Shown: positions 7,828 through 16,558 of the stretch, one piece after another
Layout of the letters: each line of letters starts with the position of its first letter
How positions within the stretch are numbered: position 1 is the first letter of the stretch
Source: a virus
Lineage: Duplodnaviria > Heunggongvirae > Uroviricota > Caudoviricetes
Length of the DNA stretch: 42,196 nucleotides
Direction: 5' to 3' (one strand)
IMG/VR virus record: IMGVR_UViG_2609460218_000018
Location: 1 to 42,196 of that record
Position numbers and translations under genes: made by a program
The notes under the pieces: generated by a model
Database searches by the model: none
What the model was told of the DNA's origin: nothing
Seen by the model: only the letters and a program-made list of their open reading frames with translations

Positions 7828-9191
7828 GACAGGATATCGAGGCCAGTGTGATTGGCGGGTTACTTCTCGGCGGACTTACCCCGGCGGCAACTGACGTTCT
7901 CGCCCGGATTGATGCTGAAGCGTTCACCATCCCACTCTACCGGAAAGCCTTTGAGGTGATCCGCAAGCAAGCCAGAAATCGCAAACTGATTGACGCTCTG
8001 ATGGTCGCTGAGGAATGCGGTGATCAGCATGCTACCGATGTGATGATGACTGCCAGAGCATGCCCCAGCGCTGCAAACCTGACTGGTTACGCAGATATGC
8101 TTGCAGACCAGCATCAGCGAAGATTGTTCCTGCATGCCATAGACGAGCTGCGCGGCGATGTGAGCAACGGAACGCTGGACGGCGCAGCATCGGCAATGGA
8201 CGAGCTAATGCGCCGACTGAGCAACATCAGGAAGCCAAAAGGCGAGGTTAAGCCAGTTAGGTTAGGCGAAGTCTTGAATGACTATGCCGAAACGCTAGAG
8301 AACAGGCTTAAAAACGGTGAAGAGTCGGACACCATGAAAACCGGTATCGACGAACTGGATGCGATCACCGGCGGAATGAACGCTGAGGATTTGGTGATTA
8401 TCGCTGCCCGTCCTGGTATGGGTAAAACGGAACTCTCACTGAAGATTGCTGAAGGTGTGTCGAGCCGANCACTGCCGGGGACTGACACCTTACGCGGGGT
8501 GCTGATTTTCAGCATGGAGATGAGCAACCTGCAGATCGCCGAGCGAAGCATTGCCGGGCGCGAAAACATGTCGGTCAGCGTTCTGCGTAATCCGGCAAAC
8601 ATGGACGACGAAGGATGGGCAAGAGTTTATAACGCCATATGCCACCTGAAAGACCTTGATGTCTGGATGGTTGACGCGTCAAAGCTGACAGTCGAAGAAA
8701 TCCGCAGCATCGCCGAACGCCACAAGCAGGAAAACCCGGCACTATCACTCATCATGGTTGACTACCTTGGCCTGATTGAGAAGCCAAAAGCAGAGCGAAA
8801 TGACCTGGCTATAGNCCACATCTCTGGCAGCCTGAAGGCGATGGCTAAAGACCTGAAGACGCCAGTTATCTCCCTCAGCCAGCTTTCTCGTGAAGTTGAG
8901 AAGCGACCTAACAAGCGCCCGGTTAACGCGGATTTGCGCGACTCCGGAAGCGTAGAGCAGGACGCTGACTGCATCATCATGCTCTATCGAGAAGCGGTGT
9001 ATGACGAGCACAGCCCCGCGGCGAAATTTGCAGAAATCATCGTTACCAAAAACCGGTTTGGTTCTCTTGGCACTGTGTATCAGCGATTTATTAACGGTCA
9101 CTTCATGCCATGCGATCAGGATGAGGCTCGCATGATTTCAACCAGCAAGCCCTCAACTGGAAAACGTTATGCCAAAGGAGCAGATGTATGA
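7824..9191 (+). CDS. dnaB: DnaB-like replicative helicase
   Basis: 455 aa; DnaB N-terminal domain and Walker A ([11 protein letters not shown]), RecA-like core ([31 protein letters not shown]); start overlaps the O stop; two N bases inside. Confidence 0.85.
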   Translation: MRQDIEASVIGGLLLGGLTPAATDVLARIDAEAFTIPLYRKAFEVIRKQARNRKLIDALMVAEECGDQHATDVMMTARACPSAANLTGYADMLADQHQRRLFLHAIDELRGDVSNGTLDGAASAMDELMRRLSNIRKPKGEVKPVRLGEVLNDYAETLENRLKNGEESDTMKTGIDELDAITGGMNAEDLVIIAARPGMGKTELSLKIAEGVSSRXLPGTDTLRGVLIFSMEMSNLQIAERSIAGRENMSVSVLRNPANMDDEGWARVYNAICHLKDLDVWMVDASKLTVEEIRSIAERHKQENPALSLIMVDYLGLIEKPKAERNDLAIXHISGSLKAMAKDLKTPVISLSQLSREVEKRPNKRPVNADLRDSGSVEQDADCIIMLYREAVYDEHSPAAKFAEIIVTKNRFGSLGTVYQRFINGHFMPCDQDEARMISTSKPSTGKRYAKGADV

Positions 9192-9493
9192 GTTTCAAAG
9201 AAGCACGTAACACACGGGAAATTATCGAAGCTGAGTACCCGGAATTCCCTGAAACCATCCTCCACGCCGAACTATGCCGGGCATGTGCTCGCGTAGACGG
9301 TCGCAGCATCAAGCAGTCGCTAAAGGCCTTTGCTCTGGCACGTATCGAAAAGGTTGATAGCAAGCCACTTAAAGGAGCACTTGAGCAGATGGCATCCAGC
9401 ATGTTTCCAGAGACAGAGATAGCCCGTATCCGCTCCTGTGTAGGTCGCATGGAGTCGGCACTGGTTAAGACATTCGGAGTGAAGCGAGCATGA
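9188..9493 (+). CDS. hypothetical protein
   Basis: 101-aa ORF translationally coupled to dnaB. Confidence 0.4.
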   Translation: MSFKEARNTREIIEAEYPEFPETILHAELCRACARVDGRSIKQSLKAFALARIEKVDSKPLKGALEQMASSMFPETEIARIRSCVGRMESALVKTFGVKRA

Positions 9494-9738
9494 CTGAACC
9501 TTACATAGCAGAGCTATCTGCAAGCGTGGCCGTGATAGTCGGCCNTTTTTTATGGCTGGAGGAAATTGTGAAAGTTGAGATGACCGATGATTTCAGCGAC
9601 AGAAGCGATCACCCACGAAAAGGTTCTCAGATTGAAGTGAGAGATATCGTTTATTCAGATGGTGAAGTTGAGTATTACGAATGTGTATGGGGTGACTCCA
9701 TTCTGGAAATTTACCCGTATGAATGCAGATTAATTTAA
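9490..9738 (+). CDS. hypothetical small protein; true start probably about 9570 (GTG after a GGAGG RBS), downstream of an internal terminator-like hairpin
   Basis: The track ORF contains hairpin GGCCG..CGGCC plus N plus T6 at ~9528-9551, then GGAGG and GTG; the C-terminal 55 aa are the likely product. Confidence 0.35.
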   Translation: MTEPYIAELSASVAVIVGXFLWLEEIVKVEMTDDFSDRSDHPRKGSQIEVRDIVYSDGEVEYYECVWGDSILEIYPYECRLI

Positions 9739-9740
9739 CA

Positions 9741-9763
9741 GGTCCGAATACGGGCCTTTTTTT
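9741..9763 (+). terminator. intrinsic terminator
   Basis: GGTCCGaataCGGGCC (G-U wobble stem) followed by TTTTTTT. Confidence 0.55.
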
Positions 9764-9778
9764 ATGAGGGGGGGGATT

Positions 9779-10073
9779 ATGAAGAAANTTTTTAGCAGTT
9801 GCTATTTGTTTATTTTTATCAGCCTGCGATGAGGATCCGCAACCATCTCGAATTGACGCCATTGTTGGTGCTGATGCGGGGAGATTTAGCGTCACTCAAG
9901 TAGCAAAGTTTTACGACTCTGATGCGTATGGGAATAACAGGAAGATTTTCCTGATTCGAGATAAGCAGACAAACCGGGAATTCGTTGGTGTTTCTGGCGT
10001 AGGCATATCTGAGGTTGGAACTCACAGCCAATCAAGTGGCAAGCAAGTTATTTCAGTAACTGATGAGCGATAG
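9779..10073 (+). CDS. lipoprotein (signal peptide with lipobox LSAC); frame restored if the N at ~9788 is an inserted base
   Basis: After the terminator and a G-rich RBS: ATG AAG AAA (N) then LAVAICLFLSACDEDPQ...; removing the N gives a continuous 97-aa lipoprotein ending at TAG 10071-10073. Confidence 0.5.
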
Positions 10074-10082
10074 GAGAATCAA

Positions 10083-10817
10083 ATGAAACCGACATACGAA
10101 GAACTAGAGCAGAAACTCGAAGAATCCCGTCGCGAGTTCCGTTCAGCAGACGCGACCATTCACAATCTTGAACTGAAGATCACAGACCTTGCAGTACAGC
10201 TCGCTAACGCCGAGAGCAAGTGCAGGGAGCTGGCGGCGGAGAATTCGGGGCTGAAGAACAGCGATTTTTACATCGCGCTTCGAACAGAAAGCGATGCTGA
10301 CATCCTGAATGATAAGCACCTGACCATTTGCTACATGAGCGCTTCGGCAACGTCAAAGCTTGATGTTAACCGCATTATGCCTGAGCAGGCAGAGGCAAAA
10401 ATATCCGCAGTTGAATATTGGGAAAGAGTAAATCTGACAGTAGCTCTAATCGATTCTCCAGATGCTCATGCCGCGCATAAACTATCAAAAATAGCTGGGT
10501 TCACATACGACCTAGAATTCATGCCTCACGTAACACTTGGTTGTGGTGATACGACCAAAGAGCATCAAAATCTTGTCGGGAAGATACTTACTATTGGAAG
10601 TCCTTACATCCGAATCAAGGAAAGCAAGAGGAAAACACCGGACACCGACGCTTTCCTGGCTGAAGTGCGGGCTCAGGGTGTGGAGATGATGGCCGCTGAA
10701 GCTGATCAACTGATGAATGAGTTTGGAGATGACAGCTACAAAGTGATGGTAACATCAGATTTACAGCGTTTCGCCAATGCTTTCGCCGCACAACTTCGCA
10801 AAGGAGCCGCGCTATGA
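10083..10817 (+). CDS. 2H-phosphoesterase-like protein with N-terminal coiled coil
   Basis: 244 aa; two H-x-T-x motifs 70 residues apart (HLTI at ~79, HVTL at ~149) each preceded by hydrophobic residues, as in the 2H (LigT-like) superfamily; residues 1-60 are predicted coiled coil. Confidence 0.45.
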   Translation: MKPTYEELEQKLEESRREFRSADATIHNLELKITDLAVQLANAESKCRELAAENSGLKNSDFYIALRTESDADILNDKHLTICYMSASATSKLDVNRIMPEQAEAKISAVEYWERVNLTVALIDSPDAHAAHKLSKIAGFTYDLEFMPHVTLGCGDTTKEHQNLVGKILTIGSPYIRIKESKRKTPDTDAFLAEVRAQGVEMMAAEADQLMNEFGDDSYKVMVTSDLQRFANAFAAQLRKGAAL

Positions 10818-10978
10818 GTAAGCCAACTTATGAAGAACTGGAAAGCGTACTCAAAGAACTGCGTCGCAGAGCTTTTTCAGAGCGTCGAAATTCACATAAC
10901 TGTGGACCGTTTCAGTATTCGGATTTATGCGAAGAAATTATCGACATGACCGAACTGGTCAAGGGAGAAGCCCAATGA
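10814..10978 (+). CDS. hypothetical small protein sharing the N-terminal motif of the preceding gene
   Basis: 54 aa (MSKPTYEELESVLKELRRRAF...) versus MKPTYEELEQKLEESRREF in 10083..10817; start/stop overlaps on both sides. Confidence 0.35.
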   Translation: MSKPTYEELESVLKELRRRAFSERRNSHNCGPFQYSDLCEEIIDMTELVKGEAQ

Positions 10979-11391
10979 CAGCGCTCAACAAACAGGCGCT
11001 GAAGCCAGGACTCTACGCAATCCTGTTCCGTAACAACTGGGACGGTGAAGGCGACACATACGAAATGCTGGCTAGCCTCGATGAAAACCTTATTTGGCAT
11101 AACTACGAAACAGGAAAAGAGCTGTTTGAGTACGAAGGCGATGAAATTCTCAAGTCGTGGTTGCTGAATGACAGCACCACAACTGATGCGCTGGAAGCTG
11201 CAGAGAAGCGCATAGCAGAACTGGGTGGTCAGAAACGTTTAATCGGGTGGAGAACTGCAGATTATACCGATGAAACCTCAGACCCGGCTCTAGCAAAAAA
11301 CTGGGCCGTCGCGGTTGGCGTACTGCCTATTTTCGAAGGTGATGTGAATACCAAACTTAGCGCCGCTGGCATTGGCGTGAAGGGGGAGTGA
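10975..11391 (+). CDS. hypothetical protein
   Basis: ORF 10927..11391 trimmed to the ATG overlapping the upstream stop (MTALNKQALKPGLYAIL...). Confidence 0.45.
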   Translation: MTALNKQALKPGLYAILFRNNWDGEGDTYEMLASLDENLIWHNYETGKELFEYEGDEILKSWLLNDSTTTDALEAAEKRIAELGGQKRLIGWRTADYTDETSDPALAKNWAVAVGVLPIFEGDVNTKLSAAGIGVKGE

Positions 11392-11588
11392 TCATGTCTG
11401 ATAAATCACCTATAGAGCGCCTGAAGGCTATAAACAAAGAGAATCAGAGAATGGTCATGGTGAGTATCGGAACGCTCAAGTCTGCACGAAGTGAAATACT
11501 GGCTCACGTAGCAGTTAATGGTAAGGGAGTTATGACAGATATCGTTCTCAATAAGCTTAACGCAGCTATCGAAAGGACTAACCCATGA
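11388..11588 (+). CDS. hypothetical small protein
   Basis: 66-aa ORF with start/stop coupling. Confidence 0.4.
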   Translation: MIMSDKSPIERLKAINKENQRMVMVSIGTLKSARSEILAHVAVNGKGVMTDIVLNKLNAAIERTNP

Positions 11589-12274
11589 CAACTAACAACC
11601 ACCCGGCGCACGGTCCTGTATCACTCGAACGCCTGCACCAGATAAGCGAAATACTCAGCAAAGCAGCAGCACAAAGCGACGGAGGTAATCTCGGCTACGC
11701 AATGGCTGATGCTGTGAAGGTGATTGATGTGGCTATTGCGGAGTTTGGCGCTGAGCCTGTGGCAGTCAACGACGACATGGCTTACGCATTCCATCATGCG
11801 TTGTCTGATTCATCGTTAGGCACCGATGAGGTGGAGGAAATTAAGATTGGATTGCGAGCTGCGTTTGCCAATATTGCCGCCCCGCAGACAGCGCCGGTAG
11901 TGTCAGACATCGACACAATCGCGCTTAATACTGCTCGCAATGTCATGTGTGACATTAATCGCATGGAAGGCTGGCCAGGTGGTGACGTCCAGTTGCTGGC
12001 GCACATTCAGAGTCGCATTGAGCAAGCCTGCCGCGCCGCCATGCTTCAGGGCGCCGATAGCAACTCTCCGGTGATTCCGGATGGTTGGATTCCGGTAAGC
12101 GAGCGGGTGCCGGAACAGTATGTTGAGGTAATGGTTTGCACCGATGCTGGGTCAAGGTACATAGCAGCTCTCAATAGACAAATGAATTGGGATGATGGTG
12201 ATTTTTTCGATTACATCCAGAATGTAACCCACTGGATGCCACTACCAGTAGCACCGCAGCAGGAGGTGAAGTGA
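11585..12274 (+). CDS. DUF551-domain protein
   Basis: C-terminus (DGWIPVSERVPEQYVEVMV...VTHWMPLP) matches the DUF551 pattern common in lambdoid nin regions (memory-based). Confidence 0.55.
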   Translation: MTTNNHPAHGPVSLERLHQISEILSKAAAQSDGGNLGYAMADAVKVIDVAIAEFGAEPVAVNDDMAYAFHHALSDSSLGTDEVEEIKIGLRAAFANIAAPQTAPVVSDIDTIALNTARNVMCDINRMEGWPGGDVQLLAHIQSRIEQACRAAMLQGADSNSPVIPDGWIPVSERVPEQYVEVMVCTDAGSRYIAALNRQMNWDDGDFFDYIQNVTHWMPLPVAPQQEVK

Positions 12275-12537
12275 TGGAGGTCAAAGCGAAGATTTTGCAT
12301 GTGATGCGTGCTCGCGCTGCCCGGGAAGAAATAGTGTTAGGAGGTAGATACGCTTTCACAATGGCGACATGGAACCTCCGGTTAGCGATGGAAGCAGAAT
12401 TTCCTGATGAGGAATGGAAGTCGGCAGAACTACGCAAGGTTCTTGCCGAGCTGGCAATGGAAGGTCAAGTATCCAAGGATACCTACCGCAGCCGGATTGG
12501 ACAGGCAGTATGGAAGCTTGAGGTGCGTGATGCCTAA
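12271..12537 (+). CDS. hypothetical protein
   Basis: 88-aa ORF, coupled start. Confidence 0.4.
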   Translation: MMEVKAKILHVMRARAAREEIVLGGRYAFTMATWNLRLAMEAEFPDEEWKSAELRKVLAELAMEGQVSKDTYRSRIGQAVWKLEVRDA

Positions 12538-12574
12538 TCCACAGCAGAACGCAAAGCTGCGCAGGAGGTAACAA

Positions 12575-12997
12575 GTGCAAGAGTTCATCCTGCACGAAAC
12601 GAATAAAACTCAACTCTGGTTACTCCTCAAAGAAATCCTCTCTACCGGCAAACGCTGGCGCATAAAAATATCTGAGTACCGTGAAAAGCGAAGTCTTTCG
12701 CAGAACAACCTTTTGTGGAAATGGAACACCGAAGTAGCTGAGCAGTTAACCGCAACCGGTGCTGACAAATTCACTGACGAGGAAGTCCACGAATGGCTCA
12801 AGGATATGTATTGCCCAGCCAAGCCGGTAACCATCTCAGGAATGACCAGATACGTTAAATCAACCCGGCGACTTGATGTCGGTGAGATGCACAAATACCT
12901 CACCGATATCGACCAGTGGGCGCATCAGAAGGGATTGCGACTAACCATCCCTGACAGTTGCGAATACCGGGAATTACAGCGGAGGCAGAACGAGTGA
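12575..12997 (+). CDS. ninB: NinB (Orf-family recombination mediator)
   Basis: 140 aa with NinB hallmarks (RSLSQNNLLWKWNTEVAEQL, HQKGLRLTIPDS). Confidence 0.8.
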   Translation: MQEFILHETNKTQLWLLLKEILSTGKRWRIKISEYREKRSLSQNNLLWKWNTEVAEQLTATGADKFTDEEVHEWLKDMYCPAKPVTISGMTRYVKSTRRLDVGEMHKYLTDIDQWAHQKGLRLTIPDSCEYRELQRRQNE

Positions 12998-13173
12998 AGC
13001 TAAAAAGCACAACTCAAATTGCACTGGATAATCTGATATTCACTCCCACCAAACGAAGTCGAAACAAACCCAAGCCGATCCCCACGGCATCCGAAGTAAA
13101 AAGCTACGACCCAACATATCCACTTATAGCCAAGCGCTGGTTACGCGTTAAGGCGAGGAGGAAAAATGGCTAA
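12958..13173 (+). CDS. ninE: NinE-like protein
   Basis: PTKRSRNKPKPIPTASEVKSY...RWLRVKARRK resembles lambda NinE as I remember it; alternative GTG start at ~12994 overlapping the ninB stop. Confidence 0.55.
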   Translation: MRIPGITAEAERVKLKSTTQIALDNLIFTPTKRSRNKPKPIPTASEVKSYDPTYPLIAKRWLRVKARRKNG

Positions 13174-13792
13174 GCAACCGAGGCGACGGTGTAAAATATG
13201 CAGTGAGTGGTTTTACCACCGATTCGCAAACGAATGGTGGTGTTGCCCGGAACATGGAGCTGAATACGGAATAATGCTCAGAGAAAAGGAAAAAGTTAAG
13301 AAGGAGCAGCAGAGAAAGAAAGAAGCCCAGCAAGAAAGACGATCCCTTAAAATCCGCAAGTTAGCCCTCAAGCCAGATAGTTACTTCAAAGCCCAAGCCC
13401 AGCAAGCCTTCAACAAGTTCATTCGCCTTCGTGACCATGACCAGCCATGCATCAGCTGTGGAGAAACAAATCCGCCAGACCTGCACGGCGGACAGTGGGA
13501 TTGTGGGCACTTTAAGACAGTTGGCGGTTTCCCTGAACTGAGGTTTGAAGAGCGCAATGCTTACCGACAATGCAAATCATGTAACGCCGGATCTGCAAAA
13601 CACGGAGCAAAGGCCGCAACGGTAGCCCAGCAATATGAAGCAACTCTGGTTGAGCGATTTGGGCAGGAGTTGGTTGACTGGCTGAATGGCCCGCATGAAA
13701 TGACCCGATACCGGCGCGAAGACTTCATCCGGATCCGCGATGAGTACCGGCGTAGATGTCGTGAAATGGAAAAGAAACTGGAGGGCGCATGA
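13166..13792 (+). CDS. ninG: NinG (Rap) recombination protein
   Basis: 208 aa closely resembling lambda NinG (MAKQPRRRCKICSEWF, LKIRKLALKPDSYFKAQAQQAFNKFIRLRD, PCISCG, GHF...RFEERN). Confidence 0.8.
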   Translation: MAKQPRRRCKICSEWFYHRFANEWWCCPEHGAEYGIMLREKEKVKKEQQRKKEAQQERRSLKIRKLALKPDSYFKAQAQQAFNKFIRLRDHDQPCISCGETNPPDLHGGQWDCGHFKTVGGFPELRFEERNAYRQCKSCNAGSAKHGAKAATVAQQYEATLVERFGQELVDWLNGPHEMTRYRREDFIRIRDEYRRRCREMEKKLEGA

Positions 13793-13935
13793 CATTCGAA
13801 TCCTACTTTGCTGATCACCTTCGACTGCGATGGACACGGTTACGCATCTATCGTCGCCCGGGCTCATTTGCCACTGACTACCGGATATTACGCAATTACA
13901 TCAGTCGCTATAAAACATCAGGAGCAGAAGCATGA
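13789..13935 (+). CDS. hypothetical small Arg-rich protein (48 aa, possible NinH position)
   Basis: ATG overlaps the ninG stop and its stop overlaps the next start; MTFESYFADHLRLRWTRLRIYRRPGSF... Confidence 0.3.
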   Translation: MTFESYFADHLRLRWTRLRIYRRPGSFATDYRILRNYISRYKTSGAEA

Positions 13936-14546
13936 AGATAACGCCGATATTCTCAATGGTGAACTTTGTTGATGACGCTCATTTCCGGCGCGTGTGGCGT
14001 CACCCAAAAAAGACCATCACCAAAAAACAGCAGGCATGGGTACATTACATGCTGTCAGTCTGGGGGCGAGTTAATCGTGGTGATGATTCTCCAGCAGGTG
14101 CTATCAACGTTATCGGTCGCCTGATGATTCGCAGCCACTGGAGTGAGGATAAAGCCAACCAGATAGAAAGAGTTGTTATGCGGCTTTATGAAGAGGATGG
14201 CCTGCGTGGTGATGTTCTCTATCAGAAAGCCAGAGAGCTGGTTATCCCTCAATCATCGTTCAGCAATATCATCGCTCTCGCCAAAGAATCAGATGATGCC
14301 GCTTTCGTTGAACGCGTGATGATTAAAACGCTCCACCGGGAAAGCCCAGTTCGTGATGTCGCTATTAAACGATATTGTGATTGCAACAACACGCAAGACA
14401 TCGCTCGACGAATTCAATACCACACTGGTGCTGATATTCAATATTGCCGTAAGCGCGTTGTGTGGTGCGAGAACGTACTCGATGCGGAAATGTTTTACGC
14501 AATGAAGCGCGAATTGGAGAAGGAGATTCCAGAAATTGCAGCGTAA
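13932..14546 (+). CDS. Q: late-gene antiterminator Q-like protein (assigned mainly by position)
   Basis: 204-aa protein as the last nin-region gene, immediately upstream of a promoter plus ~190-nt leader ending in an intrinsic terminator; Cys-rich segment (CDCNN..CRKRVVWC). Confidence 0.5.
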   Translation: MKITPIFSMVNFVDDAHFRRVWRHPKKTITKKQQAWVHYMLSVWGRVNRGDDSPAGAINVIGRLMIRSHWSEDKANQIERVVMRLYEEDGLRGDVLYQKARELVIPQSSFSNIIALAKESDDAAFVERVMIKTLHRESPVRDVAIKRYCDCNNTQDIARRIQYHTGADIQYCRKRVVWCENVLDAEMFYAMKRELEKEIPEIAA

Positions 14547-14568
14547 GTAGAAATATTTTGTAAATATC

Positions 14569-14597
14569 TTGATTTCGGGAAATAGAAGTGTATATTT
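14569..14597 (+). promoter_or_regulatory. candidate late promoter PR' (TTGATT, 16-17 bp spacer, TATATT)
   Basis: About 25 bp downstream of the Q-like stop; predicted start ~14604, about 195 nt before the terminator, a length like the lambda 6S leader. Confidence 0.45.
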
Positions 14598-14772
14598 CCA
14601 TGTATGCTCGGACGTCAAAGGCGAAAGAGCGAGGTGGTGAGATAAGCGAGGCGGCGCTCACCACTGAACCGCCTAGTTGGTATCTTCGACGCATCGTCTG
14701 GTACTCCAACCATCGCAGGCTGAGAGGTTTGCAAAAGTCTAGTCAGTACTGGTTGCGAGAGTGACCATAGAG

Positions 14773-14802
14773 GCCCTGAGTTAATAGCTCGGGGCNTTTT
14801 TT
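14773..14802 (+). terminator. tR'-like intrinsic terminator
   Basis: GCCCTGAGttaatagCTCGGGGC, then N, then TTTTTTATTG. Confidence 0.6.
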
Positions 14803-15296
14803 ATTGATGAAATCTGGTAAGAGCATTAGGCAGACGGCAATCCTCACCACTGAATAGCACATATGCGAAAGATTGGTGTTGAATTGTGACGACGCTCGTC
14901 AGTGCCCTTTCCAGTTTTCGTCAACGTTAGCGACTTTGCGGTGATTTAGAAACTGACCACAAAAATAAATGCAAACGATGATCAATTCCTGGCAGTAGNC
15001 TAACGGCTAAACACCAGTGAGGTCTTCCGATTCCTCATCAACGAATTCGGCGCACTGGCCCGGTGTGATTAATAATGGGCGCACAACAGATAATTGCATT
15101 GGGGTGACCGGTTAATCCCGTTACGCTAACCGAAACAGGCGCAGTGCAATTATCGTTGTGGTGAATGCGCAGGCTGATGCGCGTGCAACAGCTACTCATT
15201 GAAACGGTAGTTATGCCGGAGTTCAGCACCGGTCACCACACACCAAATTCCTACCAGGACCATAAGAGCGAAAGCTCAACGCACTACCCTCATCTT

Positions 15297-15320
15297 GCCA
15301 GCCGCGCCGCTGGCTTTTTT
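15297..15320 (+). terminator. intrinsic terminator in the ORF-poor cargo gap
   Basis: GCCAGCcgcgccGCTGGC followed by TTTTTT. Confidence 0.5.
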
Positions 15321-15398
15321 AAAGCGCATTACCACCAAGAACCAGACCCAACCAACTCATTGCTGAATATCTGTGGCTACGGTGGATTAGTGCGCTTC

Positions 15399-15426
15399 NA
15401 AAAAAGAAAACCCGCGCTATGGCGGG
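15399..15426 (-). terminator. intrinsic terminator on minus strand, convergent with the one at 15297..15320
   Basis: Plus strand naaaaaagaaaaCCCGCgctatgGCGGG; on the minus strand a GC hairpin followed by UUUUCUUUUUU. Confidence 0.5.
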
Positions 15427-15518
15427 ATTCGTGAAAATGGGCGACGGTAAGTAGCGTCAACTACTCACCGCCATCTTGCCCGTGAATCGACTCACGAACA
15501 AAGACCGAAGGCCCATAT

Positions 15519-15532
15519 CGTCTGATCAGACG
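15519..15532. promoter_or_regulatory. perfect 14-bp palindrome CGTCTGATCAGACG about 85 bp upstream of the holin start (candidate protein-binding site)
   Basis: Read directly; flanks ATAT/GTAT extend the symmetry to about 22 bp with two mismatches. Confidence 0.35.
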
Positions 15533-15585
15533 GTATAGACATTAGATCGGATTTGTTCATCTAACAATCACCCGCAATCTTATTT

Positions 15586-15939
15586 TTGAACAAGTCCCCG
15601 AGTCTGGGGGTGGAAATGAACAGAATGCCATACAAAAGCGATCCGAACCTCTGGTCGATCCTCATCGCTTTCGGCATGACCCTAGTCGGCGCAATAGCCA
15701 GTTATTCATTCAAAGTCCTCAACGGTGAAGCATTTAGTTGGAGGACTATGTGCCTACAACTAATCGTGTCGATTTTCGCCGGGCTTATCATGATCATGAT
15801 TGCCATACATTACGCATGGCCGCAGGAAGTAACAGGCGGTGTGTGTGGTATGGCTGGCTGGTCTGGCTCATCTCTCATTAAAGCTCTGGAAGGTCGCTTC
15901 CTAAGCAAAGCGGCGGGGAAAGAAGCTGATAATGAATAA
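15586..15939 (+). CDS. class I holin, lambda S-like, with dual-start motif (MNRM); likely starts are the ATGs at ~15616 and ~15625
   Basis: Three predicted TM segments and C-terminus SSLIKALEGRFLSKAAGKEAD resembling lambda S; GGGGTGG RBS before ATG 15616; Met-Asn-Arg-Met parallels lambda S107/S105. Confidence 0.7.
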   Translation: MNKSPSLGVEMNRMPYKSDPNLWSILIAFGMTLVGAIASYSFKVLNGEAFSWRTMCLQLIVSIFAGLIMIMIAIHYAWPQEVTGGVCGMAGWSGSSLIKALEGRFLSKAAGKEADNE

Positions 15940-16558
15940 AGACCAGTTTATCAAAGCAACAGGTATCACACCGGCTTTAGCCGACAAGTGGTACCAGTGC
16001 ATAGTCGATACCATGAAGGAATTCGGTATTGATACGCCAAAAAGACAAGCTCACTTTCTTGCACAGATTGGCACTGAATCAAATGGGTTCAGGTCGGTGC
16101 AGGAATCTCTTAATTACTCGGTATCAGGCCTGCAGATATTCGGCTCCCGACTGACCGAGCCTCAACGGCAGCATCTCGGGAGAAAGCCTGGAGAAATGGC
16201 GTTATCTCCTGCGAGACAAGAAGCCATTGCGAATATCGTTTACGGCGGCCGGTACGGTAACACTCAAAACGGCGACGGATGGAAATATCGTGGTCGTGGG
16301 CTGAAGCAGATTACCTTTAAGGATAATTACTCAGCATGCGGGAAAGCTCTGAATCTTGATTTGGTGGCCAATCCAGATTTGCTCCTTCAGGACTTAAACG
16401 CGGCTCGTTCCGCTGGGTGGTTCTGGAAAGCCAATAACTGCAATCAGTTCGCTGATACCGGGGACGTTAAAGGTTTAACCAGGCGTATTAATGGTGGATT
16501 CAATGGGCTGCAGGACAGAATCGACCGCACGAATAAAGCGGAGGCAGTTCTGAAATGA
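15932..16558 (+). CDS. endolysin, glycoside hydrolase family 19 (chitinase-like)
   Basis: 208 aa with GH19-type motifs (HFLAQIGTESNGF, GWKYRGRGLKQITFKDNY, NPDLL...AGWFW); overlaps the holin stop. Confidence 0.8.
   Translation: MNKDQFIKATGITPALADKWYQCIVDTMKEFGIDTPKRQAHFLAQIGTESNGFRSVQESLNYSVSGLQIFGSRLTEPQRQHLGRKPGEMALSPARQEAIANIVYGGRYGNTQNGDGWKYRGRGLKQITFKDNYSACGKALNLDLVANPDLLLQDLNAARSAGWFWKANNCNQFADTGDVKGLTRRINGGFNGLQDRIDRTNKAEAVLK

Noticed and set aside
15038-15434. ORFs 15038..15229 (minus, 63 aa) and 15165..15434 (plus, 89 aa) in the cargo gap
   Set aside because: No RBS, low-complexity or Cys/His-rich composition, and the plus ORF runs through an intrinsic terminator; more likely non-coding.
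14620-15585. Possible tRNA genes at the cargo site, as found between Q and the holin in Stx phages
   Set aside because: No T-loop consensus, anticodon stem-loop or cloverleaf could be found by eye on either strand; only terminator-type hairpins. A covariance-model scan would settle it.
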